A DNA stretch of 40,000 bases from an uncultured Clostridia bacterium (GTDB lineage Bacteria > Bacillota > Clostridia > TANB77 > CAG-508), in the NCBI GenBank assembly GCA_947628425.1, contig CANQZV010000001.1, forward strand, positions 1-40,000, read 5' to 3'. Position 1 is the stretch's first letter. Each line of letters opens with the position of its first letter. Shown here piece after piece: positions 7,659 through 16,038 of this stretch. A program made the position numbers and the translations under genes. The notes beneath the pieces were generated by a model, which saw only the letters and a program-made list of their open reading frames with translations, ran no database searches and was not told where the DNA came from.

Positions 7659-9305
7659 ATGAAAATAACATTTTTAGGCGCAACTAAAACAGTAACGGGA
7701 TCAAATTTTTTAGTAGAAACAGAAAGTGGAATTAAATTTTTAGTAGATTGTGGTATGTATCAAGGACATGGAGATGTAGAAGAAAAAAATTACGACGATT
7801 TTTTATTTAACATAGATGAAATAGATTTTATGTTACTTACACATGCACATATAGATCACTCAGGAAGAATTCCGAAATTATATAAGCAAGGTTATAGAAA
7901 ACCTATATATGCACAAAAAGCAACTTGTGATTTATGTACAATTATGCTACCTGACAGTGGACACATACAAGAAATGGAAGTAGAATGGAAAAATAAAAAA
8001 AGAATAAGACAGGGGAAAAATATATTGGAACCAATGTATACTGCACAAGAAGCAATAGAGTGTTTAGAAATTTTTAGACCTGTAAAATATGATGAAATTG
8101 TAGAAATTAATAATGAAATAAAAGTTAGATTTAATGATGCAGGACACATGTTAGGTTCAAGTATAATAGAAATTTGGGCTAATGAAAATGGAAAAGAAAC
8201 AAAAGCTGTTTTTACTGGAGATTTGGGTAATAATGATATACCTTTGTTAGCATCCCCAACCATGATAGAGTCAGCAGATTATTTAGTAATGGAATCAACT
8301 TATGGTGGTAGAATTCATATGAAAAACAACGATAAAGCAAAGGTTTTCTTAGATATTGTTTATGAAACATTACAAAGAGATGGAACAGTAGTTATACCTA
8401 CCTTTGCAGTTGGTAGAACACAAGAAATTTTATATGAATTAAATAAAATAAAAGAAAATACAGATGATGCTGAATTTATGAAAAAATACAATAAATTAAT
8501 GCAGGCTCCTGTATATGTAGATAGTCCATTAGCAGTATCAGCTACAGAGATTTTTAGAAAAAATACAGATTTATTTGACTTTGAAGTAAAAGAAGAAATG
8601 GAAAAGGGAGATAATCCGTTGGAATTTCCAGGTTTACAGTTTACGAGAACTGTTGAAGAATCTAAGGCATTAAACGAAAGTACAACACCATGTATTATTC
8701 TTTCAGCAAGTGGAATGTGTGAAGTTGGAAGAATTAAACACCATTTAAAACATAATATATGGAATGCAAATTCTACTATATTATTTGTTGGTTATCAGGC
8801 ACCTGGTACTTTGGGAAGAAAAATAGTAGACGGAGTAAAAAAGGTTAAAATTTTTGGTGAAGAATTTAGTGTTAATGCTAGAGTTGAGTATATAGAAGGA
8901 TATTCTGGCCATGCAGATCAAGAATGGTTATTAAATTTTGTTTATTCATTTTACCATAAACCAAAACATATTTTTCTAGTTCATGGAGAAGAAGAAGGTC
9001 AAGAAATATTAAAACAAAAAATAGAAGAAAATACTGGTATTTCTGTAACAATACCATCATTTGGAGAAACTTATACATTAAATGAAAAATTATTAGTAGA
9101 AAAAACTTATGAACTTCCAAAGAAATATAGACCATTAAGATTAGAGATAATTGAAAGAATTAATACACTAAAAGAAGAAATAGAAGATATGGAACAAATT
9201 ATAAAAAACGAAAAATTATCAGAAAATACGAGTGATGCAGAGATAATGAACTTAAATAATAAAATTAAAGAAATGGAACAAAAAATTGTAGAAATTATAC
9301 AATAA
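7659..9305 (+). CDS. MBL-fold beta-CASP family ribonuclease/hydrolase with a C-terminal coiled-coil tail
   Basis: RBS aaggaagga. Metallo-beta-lactamase motif HAHIDHSG. Beta-CASP-type downstream motifs VMESTYG, GYSGHAD and LVHGE. The last ~80 aa are heptad-like (EEIEDMEQIIKNEK...IKEMEQKIVEIIQ). Confidence 0.85.
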   Translation: MKITFLGATKTVTGSNFLVETESGIKFLVDCGMYQGHGDVEEKNYDDFLFNIDEIDFMLLTHAHIDHSGRIPKLYKQGYRKPIYAQKATCDLCTIMLPDSGHIQEMEVEWKNKKRIRQGKNILEPMYTAQEAIECLEIFRPVKYDEIVEINNEIKVRFNDAGHMLGSSIIEIWANENGKETKAVFTGDLGNNDIPLLASPTMIESADYLVMESTYGGRIHMKNNDKAKVFLDIVYETLQRDGTVVIPTFAVGRTQEILYELNKIKENTDDAEFMKKYNKLMQAPVYVDSPLAVSATEIFRKNTDLFDFEVKEEMEKGDNPLEFPGLQFTRTVEESKALNESTTPCIILSASGMCEVGRIKHHLKHNIWNANSTILFVGYQAPGTLGRKIVDGVKKVKIFGEEFSVNARVEYIEGYSGHADQEWLLNFVYSFYHKPKHIFLVHGEEEGQEILKQKIEENTGISVTIPSFGETYTLNEKLLVEKTYELPKKYRPLRLEIIERINTLKEEIEDMEQIIKNEKLSENTSDAEIMNLNNKIKEMEQKIVEIIQ

Positions 9306-9323
9306 ATTTAAATAGTTAAAATA

Positions 9324-9374
9324 AAAAATATAGATTATTTTACTTTATAAGTAGTATATATAATCTATATTTTT
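9324..9374. terminator. Bidirectional terminator between convergent genes
   Basis: Perfect 15-bp stem aaaaatatagattat/ataatctatattttt (9324-9338/9360-9374) with flanking A and T runs. Confidence 0.7.
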
Positions 9375-9405
9375 ATTTTGTTTAAAGTTGTTATAAAATT
9401 TTATT

Positions 9406-10225
9406 CTATGATGGTCTTATATTTTTTCCAATTATAAAACCTAAAATTAAAATAAAGATTGAAATAAGACTCATTATATTAAAATGATATGTAGGGTACA
9501 ATATAAAAACACTTCCAACACTAAAACCTATAATTCCCATTATTGTTTGATAATGATAATTTTTTAATAAAATATTAATAATTTTCATAAAAATAAATGA
9601 ACCTATTGCAACTCCTATTAACATTGGAAAAATAACATTCATATTAACAATAGAAACGGCACTAAGGTAAGTATTATATACACCTAAAATAATTAATATA
9701 ACTGTACTACTTACACCGTGGTACAACAATTCCTATACTCATTAAAAAACCGCTTAATACTAAAAATAATGAGCTATATTCGTTAGAATAATATTGGTTT
9801 TGCATTGTAATGTTATTTTCAATATAAATTAAACTAATTCCAATAATGAAACATATAAAAAAAGATAAATAACCTAATAAATTAGTTCTATTATTAACTT
9901 TTAAGGTATTACATGATTCTGTTTTATATAAAATATAAATGCTTCCTAATAATAATCCAATAAATAATGATTTTGTTTGCATCGGAATTGTATTAAAAAA
10001 ATATACCAAAATATTACTAAATAAAATACAGCCTAAAATTCCACCAATTACAATTGGTAAAAGAAAGTATAAATTTTCTTTAATATTTTTAAAAAAATGC
10101 AAAATACTATCTAATAATTTTTCATAAATTCCTAGTACTATACAAATAACTCCACTACTAATTCCTGGAAGAATAGCACCAGCTCCAATAAAAATTCCTT
10201 TAATAAAGTTAGATAGAAAATTCAT
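9406..10225 (-). pseudogene. DUF368-family polytopic membrane protein, interrupted by a 1-nt frameshift
   Basis: ORFs 9707..10225 and 9406..9729 overlap by 23 nt. The first half carries LPGISSGVICIVLGIYEKLL. Joining the frames restores the matching second-half repeat VPGVSSTVILIILGVYNTYL (observed gta cca c ggt gta). The span is 820 nt, which is 273 codons plus 1. Confidence 0.75.
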
Positions 10226-10289
10226 ATAGAATCACCTTATTAAATATATGCAATATTTTTATGGAAATGTATGAAACATTATATATTTA

Positions 10290-10922
10290 TTAACTTAATA
10301 GTGTTATTTTGTTTTTATCAGATTTTTTTATAAAACCTTCACTTTTTAATGTTTTTAATTCTCGCATCATAGCACTTCTATCAATACTCAAGTAATCTGC
10401 TAAATCTGTAAGAGAAAGTGGTAAAGTAAAAGTTTTATTAAAATTTTTTTCAGATATTATTTTAAAATAAGTAATTAATTTATCTCTTATTGTTTTTTTA
10501 GATAATAATTCTATTCTTAAATTTAAATCTGATACTTTACTTAGTACTAGGTTAGGTAGTCCAAGTACAAGTTCTTCATGAAACTTACAATTTTTTTTAC
10601 ATTTTTTTTCAAAAATGTCGTAGTTAAATATTAGAATTTTTGTTTTTTCTTTTGCAAGTACAAAAAGTTCATTATTTGTATTAATTTGATAAAATATTTC
10701 ACCAAAAACATCAAATTGATGAAATCTTTCTACAATCATTTGATTACCATTAAAATCATATCTCATCAAGTCAGCAGATCCCTCTAATACAATACATATT
10801 TGATTTCTATTAACAATATAAGTAGTAATGATTTCATTTTTTTCAAAACTTTTAATTTGTATTTTCTCACAATAAGATATTAAATTATTGGAAAAGTTTT
10901 TAATATTAAAATTATTTTTCAT
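10290..10922 (-). CDS. Crp/Fnr-family transcriptional regulator
   Basis: N-terminal cNMP-binding-like beta-roll (VLEGSADLMRYDFNGNQMIVERFHQFDVFGE) and a C-terminal HTH (LSLTDLADYLSIDRSAMMRELKTLKSEGFI). There is no obvious RBS at the ATG. Confidence 0.8.
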   Translation of the reverse strand: MKNNFNIKNFSNNLISYCEKIQIKSFEKNEIITTYIVNRNQICIVLEGSADLMRYDFNGNQMIVERFHQFDVFGEIFYQINTNNELFVLAKEKTKILIFNYDIFEKKCKKNCKFHEELVLGLPNLVLSKVSDLNLRIELLSKKTIRDKLITYFKIISEKNFNKTFTLPLSLTDLADYLSIDRSAMMRELKTLKSEGFIKKSDKNKITLLS

Positions 10923-11010
10923 ATTTATATGCTATTATCTAAATAAAATATAAATAATTAGATAATAAATCCTTTCTTTTATTAAAAAATTTTTATATAT
11001 TATATCATTA

Positions 11011-11032
11011 TCTTGTTGCATCTGCAACAAGA
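11011..11032. promoter_or_regulatory. Palindromic candidate operator (dyad copy 1)
   Basis: tcttGTTGCAtcTGCAACaaga has 10-bp perfect arms. It lies in the divergent crp-like / nrdD intergenic region and has no flanking U-tract on either strand. Confidence 0.4.
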
Positions 11033-11206
11033 ATACATAAAAAATAAAAAAACATTTATTTACAATATTAAAAAAAGCTTTTAAATAGGGAACTTTATCT
11101 ATGTAATATTAATGTTTTTTTTGTTTTATAATTGTAACATAAATGTAATATTTACTAAAATATTGTAAATTTAGGGAGTTTTTATTAATTAAAATAGTAA
11201 AATAAC

Positions 11207-11235
11207 AAAAAGTTGCAAATGCAACTTTTTTTTTT
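11207..11235 (+). terminator. Terminator-like hairpin in the nrdD leader (dyad copy 2): candidate attenuator or operator
   Basis: aaaaaGTTGCaaatGCAACttttt followed by a T tract running to 11235 (10 T in total). It sits 54 nt upstream of the nrdD ATG. A candidate promoter, TTGTAA-18-TAAAAT, lies at 11132-11161. Confidence 0.45.
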
Positions 11236-11288
11236 GAAAATTAAATATATAATATCTTTAATAATACACATAGGGGAGGAAAATAAAA

Positions 11289-13415
11289 ATGAAAGTAATT
11301 AAAAGAGATGGAAGAGCCGTAGATTATGACAGACAAAAAATCGAAATAGCAATTGGAAAGGCAAACAAAGAAGTTTCTAAAAAAGAAAGAGCAACTAAAG
11401 AAGAAATAAAAGAAATTATGGAGTATATTGAATCATTAGACAAAAAAAGAATGTTAGTAGAAGATATTCAAGATATTATTGAACAAAAATTAATGGAATT
11501 AGATAAATACGAATTAGCAAAAAAATATATTGTATATAGATATACTAGAGCCCTAGTTAGAAAAGCAAATACTACAGATGAATCTATTTTAGGATTAATT
11601 AGAAATGAAAATAAAGAATTAAATGAAGAAAATTCTAATAAAAATACATGTCTAGCATCAACACAAAGAGATTATATTGCTGGAGAAGTTTCTAGAGATT
11701 TAACTAAAAGGTTACTTTTACCAGAAAAAATTACAAAAGCAGATCAAGATGGTATTTTACATTTTCATGATGCTGACTATTTTATTCAACCAATATTTAA
11801 TTGTTGTTTAATTAATATTGGAGATATGCTAGATAATGGTACTGTTATGAATGGAAAATTAATAGAATCTCCAAAGAGTTTTCAAGTTGCTTGTACTGTT
11901 ACTACTCAAATTATAGCAGCAGTTGCTAGCAACCAATATGGTGGACAATCTGTTGATTTAATTCATTTAGGAAAATATGTAAGAAAAAGTTATAATAAAT
12001 TTAAAAATAAATTAGAAAAAAAATATAAAGGACAAATACCTGATGAAATTATAGAAGAAATGGTACAAGATAGATTAAAAACAGAAATAAAAGCCGGAGT
12101 TCAAACAATTCAATACCAAATTAATACTTTAATGACTACTAATGGACAATCTCCTTTTGTTACTTTATTCTTGCATTTAGATCCAAATGATGAGTATATA
12201 GAAGAAAATGCAATGATAATTGAAGAAGTAATTAGGCAAAGATATGAAGGAATAAAGAATGAAAAAGGAGTATATGTAACACCTGCTTTTCCAAAATTAA
12301 TTTATGTATTAGATGAATTTAATAATCTAACTGGAGGAAAGTATGATTATTTAACAAAATTAGCAGTTAAATGTTCTGCAAAAAGAATGTATCCAGATTA
12401 CATTTCAGCTAAAAAAATGAGAGAAAATTATGAAGGAAATGTATTTAGCCCAATGGGTTGTAGAAGCTTTTTATCTCCTTGGAAAGATAAAGATGGAAAC
12501 TATAAATTTGAAGGAAGATTTAATCAAGGTGTTGTAAGCATAAATTTACCTCAAATAGGTATTATAGCTGATGGAGATGAAGATAAATTTTGGAAATTAC
12601 TAGATGAAAGACTAGAACTATGTAAAGAGGCTTTAATGTGTAGACATTATGCATTATTAGGCACTACTTCAGATATAAGTCCAATTCACTGGCAATATGG
12701 TGCAATTGCAAGATTAGATAAAGGAGAAAAAATAGATGAATTACTTAAGGGTGGATATTCTACTTTATCTTTAGGATATATTGGTATATATGAAGTAACA
12801 AAATTAATGAAAGGTGTATCTCATACAACAAAAGAAGGACATGATTTCGCAATTAAGCTAATGAAAAAATTAAAAGATACTACAAAGAAATGGAAAGAAG
12901 AAACAGGATTAGGATTTGCATTATATGGTACACCAGCAGAAAGTTTATGTTACAAATTCGCTAGAATAGACAAAGAAAAATATGGAACTATTCCAGATGT
13001 TACAGATAAAGGTTATTATACAAACTCTTACCATGTTGATGTTAGAGAAAAAATTGATGCTTTTGAAAAATTAAAATTTGAAAGTGAGTTCCAAGAATTA
13101 TCAACAGGTGGTGCAATATCTTATATTGAAGTTCCAAACATGAAATATAACTTACCAGCTTTAGAATCTGTTGTTAAATTTATTTATAATAATATACAAT
13201 ATGCTGAATTTAACACAAAATCTGATTATTGCCATGTATGTGGTTTTGATGGTGAAATTTTAATTAATGATGATAATGAATGGGAATGTCCAAATTGTGG
13301 AAATAAAAATCATGCTAAATTAACAGTAGTAAGACGTACATGTGGATATTTAGGAGAAAATTTCTGGAATGTTGGAAAAACTAAAGAAATTAAAGCGAGA
13401 GTTACACATTTATAA
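11289..13415 (+). CDS. nrdD: Anaerobic ribonucleoside-triphosphate reductase (class III), NrdD
   Basis: N-terminal ATP-cone (MKVIKRDGRAVDYDRQKIEIAI). C-terminal Zn-ribbon CHVCG...CPNCG and glycyl-radical motif VVRRTCGYLG. RBS ggggagga. Confidence 0.95.
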   Translation: MKVIKRDGRAVDYDRQKIEIAIGKANKEVSKKERATKEEIKEIMEYIESLDKKRMLVEDIQDIIEQKLMELDKYELAKKYIVYRYTRALVRKANTTDESILGLIRNENKELNEENSNKNTCLASTQRDYIAGEVSRDLTKRLLLPEKITKADQDGILHFHDADYFIQPIFNCCLINIGDMLDNGTVMNGKLIESPKSFQVACTVTTQIIAAVASNQYGGQSVDLIHLGKYVRKSYNKFKNKLEKKYKGQIPDEIIEEMVQDRLKTEIKAGVQTIQYQINTLMTTNGQSPFVTLFLHLDPNDEYIEENAMIIEEVIRQRYEGIKNEKGVYVTPAFPKLIYVLDEFNNLTGGKYDYLTKLAVKCSAKRMYPDYISAKKMRENYEGNVFSPMGCRSFLSPWKDKDGNYKFEGRFNQGVVSINLPQIGIIADGDEDKFWKLLDERLELCKEALMCRHYALLGTTSDISPIHWQYGAIARLDKGEKIDELLKGGYSTLSLGYIGIYEVTKLMKGVSHTTKEGHDFAIKLMKKLKDTTKKWKEETGLGFALYGTPAESLCYKFARIDKEKYGTIPDVTDKGYYTNSYHVDVREKIDAFEKLKFESEFQELSTGGAISYIEVPNMKYNLPALESVVKFIYNNIQYAEFNTKSDYCHVCGFDGEILINDDNEWECPNCGNKNHAKLTVVRRTCGYLGENFWNVGKTKEIKARVTHL

Positions 13416-13457
13416 AAATAATAATTAAATATAAACTATAAAAGGGGACATAACTAT

Positions 13458-13988
13458 ATGAATTATGCAGATATAAAAACAATTGATATACAAGACGGTT
13501 TAGGTGTAAGAGTAGGAGTATATGTAAGTGGATGTCATTTTCACTGTAAGGGATGTCATAATAAAGAAGCATGGGATTTTAACTATGGAAAAAAATTTAA
13601 TGATGATACAATTGAATATATTACTCAATTATTAAATAAAGACTATATTTCTGGTTTATCATTACTTGGAGGAGAACCTCTTGAAAAAAGTAATCAAGAA
13701 GGACTATTACCACTAGTAAAAAAGTCAAAAGAATTATATAAAGACAAAAATATATGGTGCTATACAGGTTATGATTTTGAAAAAGATATTTTACCAGAAA
13801 TAATAAACGAAAATTCCAATTCTACTCTAAAAGATATATTAAAATATACAGATGTGCTTGTTGATGGAGAATTTATAGAAGAACAAAAAAGTAAAACTTT
13901 AAAGTTCAGAGGTTCTAGTAACCAAAGAATTATAGATGTACAAAAAAGTATAAATGAAAAAAGAGTTGTACTATATGATAAAGTATAA
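13458..13988 (+). CDS. nrdG: Anaerobic RNR activating radical-SAM protein NrdG
   Basis: Radical-SAM cluster motif in SGCHFHCKGCHNKEAW. Size and position immediately after nrdD fit NrdG. Confidence 0.9.
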   Translation: MNYADIKTIDIQDGLGVRVGVYVSGCHFHCKGCHNKEAWDFNYGKKFNDDTIEYITQLLNKDYISGLSLLGGEPLEKSNQEGLLPLVKKSKELYKDKNIWCYTGYDFEKDILPEIINENSNSTLKDILKYTDVLVDGEFIEEQKSKTLKFRGSSNQRIIDVQKSINEKRVVLYDKV

Positions 13989-14020
13989 AAAAATACTGTA
14001 ATTATTACAGTATTTTTTTA
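13987..14020 (+). terminator. Rho-independent terminator after nrdG
   Basis: Stem atactgtaa/ttacagtat flanked by an A-run and a T-run (aaaaaatactgtaattattacagtattttttt). Confidence 0.65.
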
Positions 14021-14132
14021 TTAATAATTATAATTGCTTATAATTTAAGATTAGCTATTTACAGCTGAGTTGTTTATTTACAAAATAGCTTAGATGTGTT
14101 AAAATAAATCATATTATATTAGGAGGAACAAA

Positions 14133-14966
14133 ATGCTAGATGCATTATTAGATACAATAATAGATTGTTTAAAATTGCTTCCATTTTTATTTATAACATA
14201 TTTATTAATGGAATTATTAGAAAATAAGGCAGGAGATAAGTCTTTAAAATTAATTAAAAAGTCTGGAAAATTCGGACCTATTTTAGGAGGATTACTTGGT
14301 ATTGTTCCACAATGCGGATTTTCAGCAGCAGCAGCAAATTTATATGCAGCTAGAATTATTACATTAGGAAGTCTTATTGCAATATTTTTATCTACTTCAG
14401 ATGAAATGCTTCCAATATTAATATCTGAAGCGGTACCTCTTAATTTAATTATCAAAATATTATTAATAAAGTTACTAATAGGAATATTTTTTGGATTAAT
14501 TATTGATTTTATTTTAAGGAAAAAGAATAGTAAAATACATATTCATGATTTATGCGAAGATGAAAATTGTCATTGCGAAGAAGATGGAATTATAAAATCA
14601 TCAATTAAACATACATTACATATATTCATTTATATATTTATTGTAGTATTTATTTTAAATATATGTATATTTTTAATAGGAGAAAATAATATTGCTAATT
14701 TAATTATAAGTATTCCAATAGTAGGGCATATTATATCTGCTTTATTAGGAGTTATTCCTAATTGTGCATCATCAGTAATTATAACTCAGTTATATTTACA
14801 AAATTTAATTACATTAGGCTCTTTAATAGCCGGGTTATTAGTTAATTCAGGAATAGGAATGCTAATATTATTTAAGGTAAATAAAAATAAAAAAGAAAAT
14901 TTATCAATTCTTGGTATATTATTGTTAATAGGTGTTATTTCCGGGATAATAATTGATTTTTTTTAA
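14133..14966 (+). CDS. Polytopic membrane protein resembling the putative 10-TM heavy-metal/arsenic efflux family (ArsP_2-like)
   Basis: RBS aggagg. Two internally repeated halves each carry a G-[IV]-[VI]-P-[QN]-C motif (GIVPQCGFSAAAANLYAARIITLGSLIA and GVIPNCASSVIITQLYLQNLITLGSLIA). The central His/Cys/acidic loop is HIHDLCEDENCHCEEDG. Confidence 0.6.
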   Translation: MLDALLDTIIDCLKLLPFLFITYLLMELLENKAGDKSLKLIKKSGKFGPILGGLLGIVPQCGFSAAAANLYAARIITLGSLIAIFLSTSDEMLPILISEAVPLNLIIKILLIKLLIGIFFGLIIDFILRKKNSKIHIHDLCEDENCHCEEDGIIKSSIKHTLHIFIYIFIVVFILNICIFLIGENNIANLIISIPIVGHIISALLGVIPNCASSVIITQLYLQNLITLGSLIAGLLVNSGIGMLILFKVNKNKKENLSILGILLLIGVISGIIIDFF

Positions 14967-14990
14967 TGAGATAAATTTTATTGTAGAAGT

Positions 14991-15016
14991 TTAGGCTAAT
15001 AATTACATTAGCCTAA
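14991..15016. terminator. Stem-loop between convergent genes (weak U-tracts)
   Basis: Perfect 10-bp stem ttaggctaat/attagcctaa with loop aattac. The flanking T/A runs are poor. Confidence 0.45.
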
Positions 15017-15080
15017 TGCTTATTATTCATATAAAGAGTAACAAAATAAAATTCAATTTACAAATTATAATTTAAATTGT

Positions 15081-15776
15081 TTATTCTTTTATTACATTAG
15101 ATAATTTATGAATTGCTTTTGTTTCAATTCTAGAGACATAAGAACGACTAATTCCAAGCATTTCTGCAATTTCATGTTGAGTTTTAGGTTTTGTTCCATT
15201 TAAACCAAATCTTAATTCTAATATTGTTTTTTCTCTTCCTTTTAATATTTCTTTCATTTTTAAATAAAGCTCTTTAATTTTAAGTTTTAAATCAATTTCA
15301 TCATCAACACACATCTCTTCTTTTTCTATAACATCAATTAATGTAATTTCATTATCATCTTTATCTTTTCCAATTGCTTCATTTAAAAAAACTTCAGCTT
15401 TTGTTTTTTTACTACTACGTATAAACATTAGAATTTCATTGTCAATACATCTAGCAGCATAGGTAGCTAATTTTATATTTTTAGTGTTATCAAAGCTATT
15501 TATTGCTTTTATCAGTCCTATTGTTCCAATAGATATTAAATCATCTTGATCAATATTTGTAGTAATATATTTTTTACTAATATGTGCAACAAGCCTTAAA
15601 TTTCTTTCTATTAATAAATTCTTTGCATCTTCATTTCCATTTATCATATCTTCAATACATTTCTTTTCTTCTTCAGGTGGTAGTGGTTCAGGAAACAAAT
15701 TTCCACTTTGTATGTAGCCAAAAACTATAACAGCATTTTGTAAAAATCCCAATAATCCAGTTAAAAGAGTAAGCAT
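15081..15776 (-). CDS. sigK: Sporulation sigma factor, pro-sigma-K
   Basis: MLTLLTGLLGFLQNAVIVFGYIQSGNLFPEPLPPEEEKK aligns in length and pattern with the B. subtilis pro-sigma-K leader (...NNAFPQPLSS). NLRLVAHISKKY and ATYAARCIDNEILM are sigma-K-like rather than sigma-E-like. The gene is contiguous. The start was moved from 15833 to ATG 15776, downstream of GGAGGTG. Confidence 0.8.
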   Translation of the reverse strand: MLTLLTGLLGFLQNAVIVFGYIQSGNLFPEPLPPEEEKKCIEDMINGNEDAKNLLIERNLRLVAHISKKYITTNIDQDDLISIGTIGLIKAINSFDNTKNIKLATYAARCIDNEILMFIRSSKKTKAEVFLNEAIGKDKDDNEITLIDVIEKEEMCVDDEIDLKLKIKELYLKMKEILKGREKTILELRFGLNGTKPKTQHEIAEMLGISRSYVSRIETKAIHKLSNVIKE

Positions 15777-15969
15777 ATTAAAGATAACACCTCCAAAATA
15801 TTTTAGATATTTATATGAAAATATATGCTCCAAAAAAAAGAAAAGTGCCTGACCGAATGAAAATCTTGCAAATATATAATATTTATCATAATACTTAGAA
15901 CTAATTAAATGGATTATAATTAACTTATAAATATTAAAATTTTAAATATTTATAAATAATTTCAATTAC

Positions 15970-15998
15970 TTGAAATTATACATTATTTATTGTAAAAT
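15970..15998 (+). promoter_or_regulatory. Candidate promoter for prfB
   Basis: TTGAAA (15970-15975), 17-nt spacer, TAAAAT (15993-15998). Confidence 0.45.
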
Positions 15999-16038
15999 AT
16001 TAGTCAGTAAATTGCTTGTTATATAAGGAGATAAGAAA

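Noticed and set aside
10923-11288. NrdR boxes or a cobalamin/other riboswitch upstream of nrdD.
   Set aside because: Reading both strands, I found no pair of 16-bp NrdR-type palindromes and no G/C-containing conserved riboswitch core. Only the GTTGCA-N2-TGCAAC dyads reported above stand out.
15081-15833. sigK interrupted by a skin-like element, or using the longer 250-aa reading frame.
   Set aside because: The sigma-factor regions are contiguous in one frame, so there is no intervening element. The extra 19 N-terminal codons have no RBS. The ATG 15776 start gives a pro-sequence matching the length and pattern of B. subtilis pro-sigma-K.
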